Assembly (NCBI GenBank): GCA_002245135.1
Contig: NGBS01000614.1
Location: forward strand, 1 to 64,000
Reading direction: 5' to 3'
Origin: Proteromonas lacertae
Lineage: Eukaryota
Length of the DNA stretch: 64,000 nucleotides
The notes below the pieces were generated by a model. It did no database searches and was not told the DNA's origin. It saw only the letters and a program-made list of their open reading frames with translations. Positions 1-14,600 of this stretch are shown here, piece by piece; position 1 is the stretch's first letter, and each line of letters opens with the position of its first letter. A program made the position numbers and the translations under genes.

Positions 1-50
1 AAAGTTCTAGTGATGAAATGAAAGTTCTAGTGATGAGGTTTTAGTGATGA
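1..50. repeat. Short imperfect tandem repeat at the window edge
   Basis: AAAGTTCTAGTGATGA at 1-16 and 21-36, with a degenerate third copy GGTTTTAGTGATGA ending at 50. Confidence 0.6.
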
Positions 51-413
51 AGGATCTCAAAGCCCTTACTTTTAAGGCTATTATTATAATGAAATATTAT
101 TGTTTGTTATTGTTATAAGATAATAATACAATTATGAAAAGAATAAATATTTTTATAGCGTTTAATATCCCTAAAATCGCACAAAATATAAAAATTCAAA
201 TAAAATAATTGAAAAGGGCAAATTGTACCCTTTTCTATTTTTAGATAGTATAAAGGACGCCTTTCAATTTTTGCCGGGACATGCCCTTGTCCCGCCACTG
301 CCCTGTCCCTTTATTATTCAACCCAGATGTTATTTAAATAAAACAACAATCACTCAAAAATAAAAAGAAATGGCTTTATTAATAAACTATTAATAATAGT
401 TTTTATCATTATT

Positions 414-1604
414 TTAATTATTTGCAGGTAATGGATTGGGATTTACATTTGCATATTTCTTAGGATCAAACTCACCAATGTGATCTCTTTCATCACTAAC
501 AGTAAAACCAACATTATAACGACTTCTTCTCAATATATCAGCTGTGTTTTTACTAATATGAACTGGAACTCCTTTTGGAAATACAGTATTTTCATCAAAC
601 ACAAATTCATCTAAATTATCAATATTACCGTTATAAATAGCAACTTGTTGATAATCTTCCTCAAATTCATCTAATGGTAATTTGAATATTCTTACCACTT
701 TAGAATATAAATTAGCTCCACTAGTTTTTCTTGATATTCTGGTTCTAATTCTACTTTCTTTGCACTTACTACATTGTAGTGATGGAAACCAGCGTGATAC
801 ATCATATGTCGGAAATCGTGGAAGTATAATGCACCTGCTACACCTTCATCGTAAAGTAACGAATCTTTTTTAGCTGAAACTGGCAATCTTCTATCACAGA
901 AAAACTCTGAAATATAACATTTCTGCTCCTGGTTTTAAGATTCGATGAATTTCTTCAAATACTACGTCTTTTGATGTTGCTATATATAATCATATATATT
1001 TATATAAATACATAAGTTTAATGAACAGTTAGATGTTACAACATCAAGTTGGTTTGCTATAATTAATCCGGCTAAACTTTCTAAATATCCTTTACGAAAT
1101 TGCACATTTGATATTTTATATCCAAATTGTTTCATTAACTCAGACTTATGAGATTTTGCTAAATCAATCAATTCACTGGTCATATCAACACCAAATACTC
1201 TACCATGCTTACCAACCAATTGCGACATCGTATAAACATCTCTACCAGCTCCACAACCTAGATCCAAACAATAACAGTGTTCCTATTGGATATATTAAAA
1301 ACAGTAGTTAATACAAGTAAAGGTGGAATTGAATAACCACAACTATAACTTCTATCAATAATGTCTTTTGGGATATTGGCTAAATATGGTTTTAGACGTT
1401 TTTCATTATTCTTAGTGTATGAGAAACTATTGCCGATAAATTCTCCAATATTATCGACTTTTTTGGTATAAAAGTTCTGGACCTACACCAAAAATAGTAG
1501 AGATGTTATACTTGTTTATGAATTTTATCTGCATTTATAGGGTGTGCAAATGATCGTGTTAATTTAGGAGTTATTCTCTTAAATGATCGAAGACAAGCAA
1601 GCAT
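414..1604 (-). CDS. AS3MT: Arsenite S-adenosylmethionine methyltransferase (ArsM/AS3MT family), 3 introns, 2 apparent indels
   Basis: Manual splice from ATG 1604: MLACLRSFKRITPKLTRSFA...IPKDIIDRSYSCG...LDLGCGAGRD (SAM motif I), GVDMT, SNCSLNL, HRILKPG, GALY, RIFKLP, DYQQVAIYNG, LRRSRY. A +1 break near 915 and a -1 break near 722 must be corrected. Confidence 0.88.
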
Positions 1605-1742
1605 CTTTAAAAATTCAGATTATTTTTTAAAAATAAAGCCGTTTCATATCTTTTCATTTTTTTCATTTTATCAACACATACAACATTTAATAAGAAATAA
1701 AGAAGTTTATTTTCCATTTCTCACTTATATCTTCAACATTTT

Positions 1743-4700
1743 CTATAACAATATAAATGGTATAAAATTATTCATTTCAAGATATTGTCTTACTTCATTT
1801 CTAAATTGAGTGGCTCTTTGAGTAAATCTTTCAATTGTACTACCATCTAGTTTAGGTTCTAGTTTATCAACTAACCTAGCAAAAGCTCCATCTAATTTTA
1901 ATTGATTTTCTTGATTCTGAGTCGATTTTATATGTACAACACACATAGATAATGCATTCTTGTTAATAAGTATAATAGGTAATCACTCTAGATATCTGCC
2001 ATTGACCTTTTAAATCATTATCTAATAACAACAGCAACAATAGTGTGTATAACAATCTAATAAAATAAAAATATAAAAATATATATACGTTGCCCAAACA
2101 TTTGAATCCCAAGGAAGTAATTGTCTAAAATATATCATTTCAGAACTTGTTTTGTTAATATTATTTATAATAATAAGTAACAAAATGAGTTAATGAAATA
2201 TAACCAGCTGATGAAATATTAAAATTCGATGACTTTATAGCTAATTGAATTTGATCTAAAATATTACCAAATTTGTCCATCTAAATATAAGAATGTATTT
2301 AAATGGCTATGCATTAATAATTCATAGAAATAACTGTATTATATGCTGATTTTGGATATTCCAACATCACACTGAATGGAACAGAAAAAATAAGTTGAAA
2401 TGCAGTTTTGATAGTATTTCAAAGCAATTATCATTGTAAAGGGCAAATACACCAAATTGGTATATTCTCTGATAAGTATTGTTTAATATTTCCAAATATA
2501 ATTTTATACCTTTTAAATAGAGGGCTTGATCAGACTATATATATTAATTAATAATAATAATAATAATATAAATTATATACTGGATCTTCTGAATACTTAA
2601 ATGATAATAAATTATTACCGAAATTAGTAATCACTACTGAAATATTCTTGAATAATATAATACCATTGGCACTACATGCTTTGAAGGTAATTCTGTTTTG
2701 TTTATTATTACAGAATTCTGATAGGAACTTTAATAATGGAGATAGTATGTCTAATGAAGTTATATTTAATAAAGCGATTTTTTGAAACAGTGGGAAAAAT
2801 GGAATTCTATAAATATTATAAGAATCAATATAATAACTATACATTAATTCAAATAGTGGTGTATATTGTGATGATGTTGAAGTGGCTGATATAATTCCTC
2901 TTAGATCTAATAAAACACCAATCATTATATTCTATTAAATATCATTATAATAACATAAAAACAATAATATATATATACTTTTAATGAATGATTACTCAAA
3001 TCAGCTACATTAGATAGATTCGTTAATGTTTCAATAATTGGCTTTAAAAATATATCAAAAGAATTAGGGTTCTTATCAGTAAATATCAACTTAGTGAGTG
3101 TCGTATAATATAATGTTCTATATTTGAAATTAGCAGGATAATTCAAAAACACGAAACTTTGAGCGACATGATTATTGATGATATCTTTTACAGGATCTAA
3201 ACTCAATAACACTTTATCAATTAAACAAACAACAGTAAAATCCATAAAGGTTATTATTGACTCTTTAATAATTGAAGGATTATCATACCAATATTGTAAG
3301 TTATGTTTTATTTTGTTCATTATTAATGTCAGTACATTTGCACTATCTCCATGACCCATTCGTTCATAAATATCTTTCTTTGGAGTACTTAATAAACCGT
3401 ATGAATATTGATCTATAATATAAGCTTGACGGAATCTTTGAATGAAAGCTAATAAGGAAAGTTCTAAACGAAAATCTGCTCGTGTTTGACCATGCTAAAT
3501 ATAATATAATATAATATAATAATTATATACTGATAAATCTAATTGATAATCTAACTTCTCCAATAAATCAAATACCTTCCTTGATAAATCAGCATCTATA
3601 TCTTCCTGACCCATTGATAGTTGCATTTCAACATATGATTGGCTGGTTAGTATATTTGCAATCATATTGACAAGCCAAGCTAATTTACTTTCTATTATTT
3701 TCAGTTTGTTTAAGTTGTCTTGACTATTCACTGCTGCTAGTTGTCTTAATATTTCATCATACTGGAGTGATAATGGATTAAATTCTGAGAGTATATTTTT
3801 TGACGTTTCTTTATATTTGTATCTAAATATTGATGGTATTTGTTTCATTTCTGCTGCTACTAATTCCACATTTCCTAATAATTCATTATTACTACTTGCT
3901 TCATCAATAGAATTGACACTATTCAATCTACTTTGAATATAAGCAACAACAATCTATAGAATTATAATTAAGAATATCAAAATATACTTTTGGTATAAAA
4001 CGATCTAAATGTGTTTCTGGAACTTCATCTATATTTGATTTTAATACAGGAACAGCTGCAATTAGACGATTCCATAGCATTAACAAGTACTGAATACCAT
4101 TGTCACATGACTATATAATAATAATAATAATAATAATATATACTTCACCTTGTTGTAGACTTTTAATAGTAAATTCAGCAACTAATGAAATCCATTGATA
4201 ATAATCAGGTAATGAGACTAAATCAGATAATTGGTAATTACTCTATAATAATATAATAATAATATATAATATACTTTTAATCTTCCTAACAATCTACACA
4301 ACATATGATATGTATTTTCATCATTTAATCCTTTTTCAGATGTAATTATATTGCCTAATATATTATAATATATATTATAATATAATATATATATATATAT
4401 ACATATCATTTTCATTATTCCAGATAAGAATGTTGTTCTACTTTCAGCATCAGCAAACAATGTCCTTCTGATAGATACAAAATATACTAAACACTCCAAC
4501 ACTTCACAGGTTATTGGTGGATCATAATGGTCATATAAATCGACAAATATATTCATCGTTGATTGATCTTGCACTATTGTACGCCATGATATTGGAGCAT
4601 ATACTGCATTTGTCTCCATGCCTGTCTCATCTGGGTTTGTACCAATAAAATCAAATGATAAACATTGAATAACTAATGTTAAGGCTTTTGAGACCAATAA

Positions 4701-5389
4701 TATTCGTTTTTGATCATCTGTTATTTCAATTTCATTTCTTTCAATGGTTTGAAGAGTTTGAATTGACTTTTCAAAAATATCTCTTAAATGCAATTCTCTA
4801 AAATAATATGCGATTTTTCTAGACTCTGATTTATTTACATTACTATTGTTTATTTCACTTACTAACTCGTTATAAAGTTCTAAACCAATAATATTGTGAT
4901 TTACATCTCCATTAAGGAACTTTTCTATTTCACTTATTGATACTCTACTCTCACTATCACTTAACCATCCCAGTTTTATTATACGACAATATAATTTGAT
5001 TAATGAACTACGAACATGAGGAAGTAAAGATGCTGTGTAATTAGCGAGATATTCTATTATGTATTTTCCTATTTGATAATACCGATGTACTATATTTATA
5101 CTTATATCTTGTTTCTGTACATTCTGGAAACTAGTCCAATTATCTGTAATTAGTTGAGTTAAAGCATTACTTGCCAATGTAACTGCATAATGATTTTTTG
5201 ATTTATTCAATATCATCCTAGTTTATAATAACTTGCAATAACATACTGACATGTTGGTATAAAGCCAGTAGAGCTACACATTTTCATCAATATTTTTTGT
5301 GCTTCATTCTTATCATCATAACTTGGAGATGTGTACAGTTTCATACACAATTCCTCAAAGAAACACAACTTCTGTTCTTCTGTTGACAT
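1743..5389 (-). CDS. XPO7: Exportin-7 / RanBP16-17 family karyopherin, about 10 introns, several apparent indels in the 3' part
   Basis: EELCMKLYTS, RIIKLGW, CLSFDFIGTNPDE, SIRRTLF, CRLLGRLKSNYQL, KYRTLYYTTL, DLRGI, NKQNRITFKACSANGIILF and FGVFALYND match the family. Introns include 5218-5246, 5069-5101 and 4355-4402. The exact stop is uncertain. Confidence 0.92.
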
Positions 5390-5647
5390 GCTTGACTGAA
5401 ACAAAAATATGGACAATGATACTATGTATATTCGGTATTCTTATATTATTAATATCACAGAATAACTTTAAATGAAGATTAGAAAATATGAAAAAAGTGG
5501 TTAATGAAAAACTTTTCAAAACCCCAATTTAAACAATTTAAATATCTTTTTACATACGAATGCTCTTAATAAATGTCTTATTTAATCAACCACAGAAACA
5601 AAAATGAAGATAATGAAAATGAATTAAATCGTTAAATTTGTTGTTAT

Positions 5648-8600
5648 TTATTCATCTTTGTATAAATCTACTACTAAACGATTTCCATTTTCATCTCTTT
5701 CACATGGTAATAATGTACCAATCTTATTCTCAGCAAATACTCTGAAATAATACTTCACACCATTATTCAATTTAATCTTCAATTCTTTAGTTTCAATTCC
5801 ATCTACATCAACTAATGGTTGTGGTAAATTCACTGAAACAATATCTCTAAAATCACTGTAAGTACTATAGTCAATCTTATAATTAGTTATGAATGAACCA
5901 CCATCAGCTTCTGTTCCTTTACCCATTATATTTGGACATTCTCTATTATTACTAAAGCACTTCAATCCATGGAATGGAATAAATGGCGGTTTTATTGTTA
6001 TTGTCACTTCTCTATTTTTTCTACTTAAACTAACTCTTGGAATTCCTGGTGGACTTAATTTTGGTATTGTTCCATAAGGTTTTGTGAATACTGCTACACC
6101 ATATCCTTCTTCATTCATTGCACTGATTCTAATATAATATGTCTCATTTGGTTTTAATCCTACTAAAGTGTAATAGTAACTATTATCATCTTTGTCAATA
6201 TCAGTTGCATTTATTTCTACATACATTATTTCATCATAATTGCTGAATAATTGATCGGTTGTATATTCAATCTTGTAGACTGTTATATTATCACCTCCAT
6301 TGTCTATTGGTTCTTTCCACGATAATGTGATTGTTGTATTGGATGTAATTCCTACATTGATATAAGTTGGACCAGATGGAGTAGCTATAAAATAATAATA
6401 ATATATAATATATTTATACTTCTTGGATGTAAATATTCTGGTGAAGTTTCAGCTGGTTTTGAATAACCCAATTCATTTCTAGCATATATTCTAACATAAT
6501 AATCTTTACCTTTCTCCAAGTGTCTTAAAACATCAACATAATTTGGATTTACTTTCTGTATATGCAATCTTCTGTAAATTATTGAACTATTGAATTTAAC
6601 ACCATATAATGTCTTTGGATTGGAAATATTACTATTAAAATCAGGACTTGGATCTATTTCCATTAAATATTCCAATATTTCACTACCTCCATCATCGATT
6701 GGTGGATAGTAACTAATTCTTAACTCTGTATCTGAATATACTTCTAATTTCACTGATGTTGGACTGTCTGGTAAGGCAATTGCTGATAGTGGTAATTCTG
6801 CATAAGTTGGATAACTATAACCCATCTTATTATAGGCTTTTACTCTGGCATAATAACTGGTAATATTGAGATCTAATATGATGAAGTCTCCTGTACATCT
6901 TGTGAAGTATTTTGGTGTATTTGGGAATGGTATTAATGTTAGTAATTTACTGTTTGTACTATTATTGGATATTTCTACTGTTATATTCACTGTTTTCTTA
7001 AATGTAATGTAATAATAATAGTTATTACTATCTTCATATCTTTTTACTTCAACATTCTCTATGAATTTGTATAATTTATTCTCAAATTCTGTTTCTACTG
7101 ATCCTTTATTATTACCATTTGGATTATATGAATCTAAATAACTCTCTTCTGTAGATTGTATCAACATATCTGTATCAAATTCTACATTATATACTTTATC
7201 ATTTTCATTATCAATTATTTCCATTTCTATTCTATCTGTATAATTCTTTGGTACTGTCAATGAATACATATTCCAAATATTATATTTTGGACAACCAACA
7301 TGATTTGTATAATAACTCATATTATATTTAACATCATCATCATCATTATCATTACTCAATATTACTGGATATGTCAATACATTATTAAACTCAGGATTCT
7401 TATCTAATTCTATTTCATATTTAATAATACCAGCACCACCATCATATTCTGATTCTTCATAATGAATTCCTAAAGTTCCTTTCTTTGGTCCGTGTAATAA
7501 ATAAACATTTCGAGGAGGTGTTGATATTCTCATTTCATTCTCATGATTCACTATTTCAGAGGCAATTCCTATTCCATTTTCATTTACTCCTATGATTCTG
7601 TATGAATAGATTAATTCAGGTAATATATCACTTAATTCATAATAGGTGGATGTTATATTACTTACTATTGAATAATTGTATGGAATTGCATATGGTTCTG
7701 TTGTTATTATTGTATTGGAGTTGTTGTAGTAATTAGGCCAGTCATACCATTCATTCTTATCACTATTTGTAGTATTTAAGAACTCATTATCTAATGTGAA
7801 TGATTTATCTCCTAATTCATAAATTGATTCGAATTTTATTGAATATACACAATTTAATTTATCATCCCCTTTTTTATCTATTTGTTTTACACTAATTGTG
7901 ATTGCACCCAAGTTAAATTCTTCTAATTCATTCTCCAATGATTTGGCTGATTCTTCACAATTATTAAAGTATATATAATTGGTATAATTCTCTTCATATT
8001 TCACTCTATAAAATCCATTCATTACTCCACTAATATCTAATAATGTAACTGGCTTATGACCGTTGATTTCAGATCCTTTAACTATTGTATTAACTCTACA
8101 ATTTCTTTCATCATTTATCTTAATTATTGGTATTGGCCCATCTACAGCTGTATCATTGACAAATGTTATATTATATATGATTGATCTATCAGTTTCATTT
8201 ATATATCTACTAACTTCATTATTATTAAACTTTCCATCATTCATTAACAAATACCTCAATTCATATGGATTTTCTTTTGTTACATCTAATACAATATCAT
8301 AAGATGTTGTTAAATCAGGATGTTGTAATGTTAAAATCACTTCTTCTACATCACTTTCACATATTATTTGTTGTACAGTTGATACTGGTTCAGTTCTCCA
8401 ATATTCTAATATATAATATTCAATTTCACTTCCACTATTATCAGCGTCAGACCAACTAACATTCACAGCTGATACTGTTGATATATCATCATAAGGTAAG
8501 GAATTCACATATAATATAGGAGTAGCTTTAGCTATATGACTTGGTATTAATGATACTGGTCTTGATATATTATATTCACTACACATTTCTATATTACTTT

Positions 8601-11600
8601 CACCTGTACAAACTCTTGATTTGAAGTAATATTCAATACCTTGTTTAAGATTAGGTACAAATGTCTGATATGTTCCATTCTGAGCTATTGGTATTATTGA
8701 TTTTACATCGGTATTATTATAAGATAATGAATTACTAAAATCACTATTTTCACTGTATAATACTTCTACTTTTGTGAAAGGTAAACCACCATATCTGTCA
8801 GGTAATTCAACCATTGCTATTATAGTCGTTTCATTATGTGAATATAATCTTACATCTCTTGGTGGTCTTGGATTCTGATATTGTGGTCTAACTGGTCCTG
8901 AGTAAACCCAATTTGAGTTGTCTAGTGGAATTCCTGTATGACTTATTACTTCATAAGGTACTTCATTATTGGCTCTTATTCTGGCATAATAGGAAATATT
9001 CGAAACAATTTCTGGGAATATGAAATTGAATGGTAAACCATACCAATCATTAGGATAGAATGTATAATTACCAACTATTTTTGTACTATCATTGAAGTAT
9101 TCATCTGTACTTAATTCTATTGTGTAATTGGTTATGTTTGAACCTCCATTAAAGAGCGGTGGTTCCCATAATACTTCTAATGTAACATTGTCAAATGCCT
9201 TTAATATAAATTCAGTACAATTATCTGGAATACCCATTGGAATTGCTACAATTTCTTCACTTTCACCTTCTCCTTCTGAATTGACTGGTTTTACTTCAAC
9301 AATATATGGATCACCTGCTGTTAGATTCTTTATATAAATACATCTATCACAATCTTGTCCTGTTATTCTGACTGTAGCTTTATTCTTCAAATGATCAAAA
9401 GCTGTATTGATGAAATTATAATATTTATTATCTGGAACAGCTATAAATGTAACTGAATAGGTAATCTTTTTATTTTCTTCTATTTCTTTTGTCACTTTTA
9501 CTACATCAATAGATTCTAATGATTCTAATTTGTCTCTAAATTCATAGGCAGAAATATTCCATGAATTCTTTAATATATCACTTCCATATTCTAATATTAT
9601 ATAATTATCATTATCATCATATTTTTCAAATCCTTCTGTATCTTCTATTATAATATGTTGTATTCTATATATAAAGTCTGTGTCATTAACAATCATCATC
9701 TCTGTTTCTTTTGTCACATTATTTGTGTAGTATATATGATATTCTTTAATATAATCACCATGATCACTGTCTGGATATTTGAATGAAACTGTCAACTCAT
9801 ATGGATTTGGATTACTGCCTTTTAATATTTCAGATACATAAACTGTAGCTGATATATTGTACAAATTACTGCTGTTACTTGTCAATAATGGAACATCAGC
9901 TGGTAATTGATTCATATCTTTGAATGTTATTGTATAATATTGACCATTTTCAGTGTCAAATTTGGTAATATTGGAAATATCAATTGCATATATTCCTTCT
10001 ACATCTTCTAATATCTTACGAACTTCATCAGCTGTTACATTAAACACAATTTCATCACTTTCACTTTCTCCATTATAGATTAATGTATAATTACCACTTA
10101 AATCATTTCCTTTTCTCTCTTCTTTGTATGTATAAGATACATTAACACCATATAGTTTATTAAATATGATTAAATCAGGAACATCTCCAGTGTAACCTAT
10201 ATATTCAATATACCATTTATATCCTTTCTCATCTGATGGTTCTGATCTATTAACAATCATATATCCTAAATCACCAAAACAATCAATCAAGGCTTTAGGT
10301 TCAGCTTGTGATGAAAATGTACAGTTATGGTAATTTCCTTCTTTATCAACCTAATGATAATTCTAATTCTCCATATATCTCATTTCCATCTCTACTTGTA
10401 AAGGTTTGACAATAAGTTTGTCCAATTATTTCAGTTTCACATTCTATTTGTGGAATATTTCCTGGTTTATCTAAATAATAAATTGTCCAATAATATCCTT
10501 TTTCTATATCCATAATACTTCGTAATACATTTAATCTTCCCATATGTGGTATAAATTCTAATTGATATTTCATTTCTTCACCTGTTATGTTGGGTAATAA
10601 ATAAATATTTGATTTGTTATGATTTATATTGATCACTGTCTTTTCTAAATCTAAATTGGTATTATCATCTTTATTATCTCTTTCTACTGCATATGTCAAG
10701 TCTAATAAATCATTGATTTGATATTAATATATATTCAATATCATTAGTTGAATGTGTTTCTTTAAATATTGTTAAATTCTCACTCTTTGCTATATTCATA
10801 AATGAATTATCATTAATTTCTATAGTTTCATCTATTTCATTATCATCAAATGTAATATTCAATGAAATCTTACCTCTTGGAACTTCATTTTCATATTTAC
10901 TAACTAAATGTAATCTAATTATAACATCACTGGTTGAAACACTATATAATTCACCATCTAATCCTTCTACTAATGGATATTTCAATACAAATGGTGAGGT
11001 TGGAATTTCATGTTTTGCCATTGTATGAACTACTTGGATTTCTCTTACTGTATCTGCAAATGTTTCAATAGATTGTATTTCTGTAACATGTTTTGCTGCT
11101 GTTAATACTTGTTGAATTTCATTCACATGTTTGGCTCGAGTTATTTCAACATTATTTAATATATCTGATGGTGATTTTATTACAATACTTTCAACATTCG
11201 ATGAATTACTAATATATCTATTTCTATCATCATCTTCACTAAATGCAAACATTCTAACGTAATTCTTATATCCGTTGATCATTTCTCCTACTATTTCACT
11301 TGTTGGGAAAGTTCCACTGTGAACTTTATATCCAATTCCATTAATATGTTCTAATGGTGAATATGCTGTTATTTCATTCAAATTACCTAAGTTAGTAGTA
11401 AATATAATTGGATATCTTAAACCATTTCTTACATAAATTGAAAGATTCTCATAATTAGTAGAAGCTTGATAAGGTTTGTCTAATGTTAATTTATTACCGT
11501 TCATTTCAGTGATATGATATATTGGATTATATCTATAAATTGGAATATCTTTACTTCTTGTTATTAATGGAGCTAAATAGTGTGATCTTAATGGAATATA

Positions 11601-14600
11601 TTCATTATTATTATTATTATTATTATTCCATTTATATGTAACACTCAGTGTTTCTTTTGTTTTACATTTTGTTACTGTCAAATTCTTGAATAATTTCTTC
11701 ATTGCATTAAATCTAGTTTTGTATAATACTTCAAATCAGTGAAATAGATTGTAAATTCAACACTCTTATCTGTTTTATTCACTTCTGATTCAAATGATAC
11801 ATGTCCATTCATTATCTTTACTAATTCAGAGGTAAATGATCTATTTGTTTCTTCAGTAATACCAACACATTCAGTTGATTCTTTATTATTATAAGTAAAC
11901 GAATATAACGATTCTTCATCATATGTAAACTCTATTGAACCTGATATTATACCAACTGGGATAGTTTGATTTTAATACAATTCGTTTATAATTATTATTC
12001 TCATAATTATCATCACATAATATTGATGTTGTATCTATACATCTATACTCAAACATAGTTTGAGTTGTATTTAATGTAATATTAATATCTTCATTGTATG
12101 TAACTTCCATATTGAATAATAAACTCAAATAGTCAGCTGTATCATTGTCTAATTCAGTAATACATTCTGAGAATATTGTTCCATTTCCTATTGTTATATT
12201 GGTATTCTTTATAACTGTCATATTATCAACTATTTCACTCACTTTGTATAAATTAACTTCACTTAAAACATTGTATAATTCATCATAATCATTATCATTG
12301 CTTATATTACTGAATATGTAATAATAATCACTCTCTTTAAATGGTAAGTACATCAATTGTATTGTTAATCAATTCCTTAAACTGTTCAGTTATTTCAAAT
12401 CTTGTCATTTCCTTCTTTATCATTACTTCATTATCATTGTATTTATATAATGTATTATACAACATTCCATCTGTAACTGATTCATATTTAAATGTCATTA
12501 TTTCATCTTTTACAGTGTAATATGTCTTTGTATATCTTACATCACTATCATTAAATACATCTTTCAATGTGAATATAACTAATTCATTCTCTAATCTTAA
12601 TGATTTAACATCAATACCAATATCACTCATTTTATTTGGTTCTTTTTCTTTACAATATTCTATCTTTGTATCATTGCAATAATGAATTGACTTGTTATTA
12701 TAACTTAATATAAAATCATAAGGAGATTCAATATCAATAATTGGTAATAATATTTCACTTGTTGTTTCATTTACATCAACACAACTTTCTACATATATTT
12801 CATAATACTTGAAATTATCAATATTACTCACATTAACACAAGTTAATTGGAAGAAATTCAATCCTTCAGTAATATTTGCAGTTTGTGTAGTAGTTGGACA
12901 TAGTTTCATTAAATCATCATAATCTTTATATGTATATTCATTCAGGCAAACTGTAGACACTTCATTATTACTATCAGCTAAAGATGTAAGTGCAAAATTA
13001 GAATATAAATATGGATTTACTACGAAATAGAATATTACATCATTTCTATCATTGTCTGTTTCATCTACTATTATTCTAGACTTTGAACATTGGTAATATG
13101 TATAATAAGTATGTGTTTCAATTTTACTATTCATTAAATATACAACATAATCATGTCTATTTGGATAGATATATCTATTAACATAGATATTCTTTTCATC
13201 AAATAATTTCATGAATATTTCATCTATTTCTTCTTGAGTTGTAAGATTTGACATACAAATTGTCCTTTCATTATTATATTCAATTACATATGGCATTGAT
13301 TCGTATAATATTGGAATTTCGAATTTTAATGTTGTTACTGATTCTTCAACTATGGTTGTTGTATCACATTTCACTATTTCCATTTCTTCATATTCTTTCA
13401 AGTTCAATTTTATATTTTCAGTAAAGTATATAATATATTTATAATTGTTATTTTTATGTTCAATATCTAATTGTAACCAATTTGTATTTAATAATTCCTT
13501 CAATTCTTTCAATATTATATTTGGATTCGTCTTATCAACTATACATCCTGTTATATGGTTATTGAATGTGAATAATATTGGAGTAGTATCATCTTCAATT
13601 TGTAAAGTAACTGATGTTTTATAAATATGATCAATTTCATATAAAGATCCATTAATTCTGATTAAACTATTATCATCAATTGAATGTCTTATATTATCTC
13701 TTATAACTAATTCCTTTGGATTTGTTTCATTTACATCTACTAATCCAAGATATATTTCATGATTTGTACCATTGTAAACATTATCAACTAATTTTGAATC
13801 TTCAATTACTATTGGATCACCAACTTTCAAATAAGATCTTATATCTATATCATCATTTGTAATTACCAATTCATTACTTCCTTTTACAGCATCTATTGAT
13901 ACTTCTTCTAATCGTTTATTAAATATTGGTTCAGGTGGTAATGTTTCTACATCTCCAATATTATCCAAATTAACTAATGCATCATGTAACCAATCAGATT
14001 GATGTATTTCTAATTCATACATTATGGAACTTAAATCTTCATAACCAATTGATAATTTGATATTCTGATCTAAAGATGATATACAAGTATTCAATGTCTT
14101 CAATCCTTCTACATTTACACCTGTTATATTTACTGGAATTATACAACTACCTGGCGGATAAGCTATTGGATTAGTGGTTATATTTGTCTTGTAGTTAGTA
14201 TCATCATAATATCCTGGATGTTCTAATATGGTTATATTCACTTCATATCCACCTTGAGCATCATCTTGATATACATATGATCTTGAACCATCCCAACCAT
14301 CTCCTATTCTCTTTACTGTTGCATAAATTGGAGTCTTTGTTACTGCTCTTTGAATAACACCTACCATTTCATCAATATCATCATTTGCAAACATTTCAAC
14401 ATATTCATCTCCTACATAGAATTTCATTGGTGAAAATGATGGAGATCCTTTAGTATATAATACAACTAAATCTCCATCTATTATATTCTCTAAGTGTGAT
14501 GTATATTCTCTATTCTCGAAAGTTCCTGTTGCTGGTGGATAAGTTCCTATTCTTTGAATAAATGTAATTGACCATTTTCTTGATCCATAATTATCAGTTC

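Noticed and set aside
1..50. CRISPR array, telomere or C/D-box snoRNA from the TGATGA repeats
   Set aside because: Only two to three short copies with no spacers, no telomeric unit, and no paired D box with terminal stem seen.
113..298. 61-aa minus-strand ORF over the GC-rich hairpin region
   Set aside because: Non-ATG start, low-complexity hydrophobic translation and no recognisable motif.
5648..5662. ER-retention signal at the C-terminus (YKDE*)
   Set aside because: It lacks the terminal Leu of KDEL/HDEL, and the stop codon follows directly.
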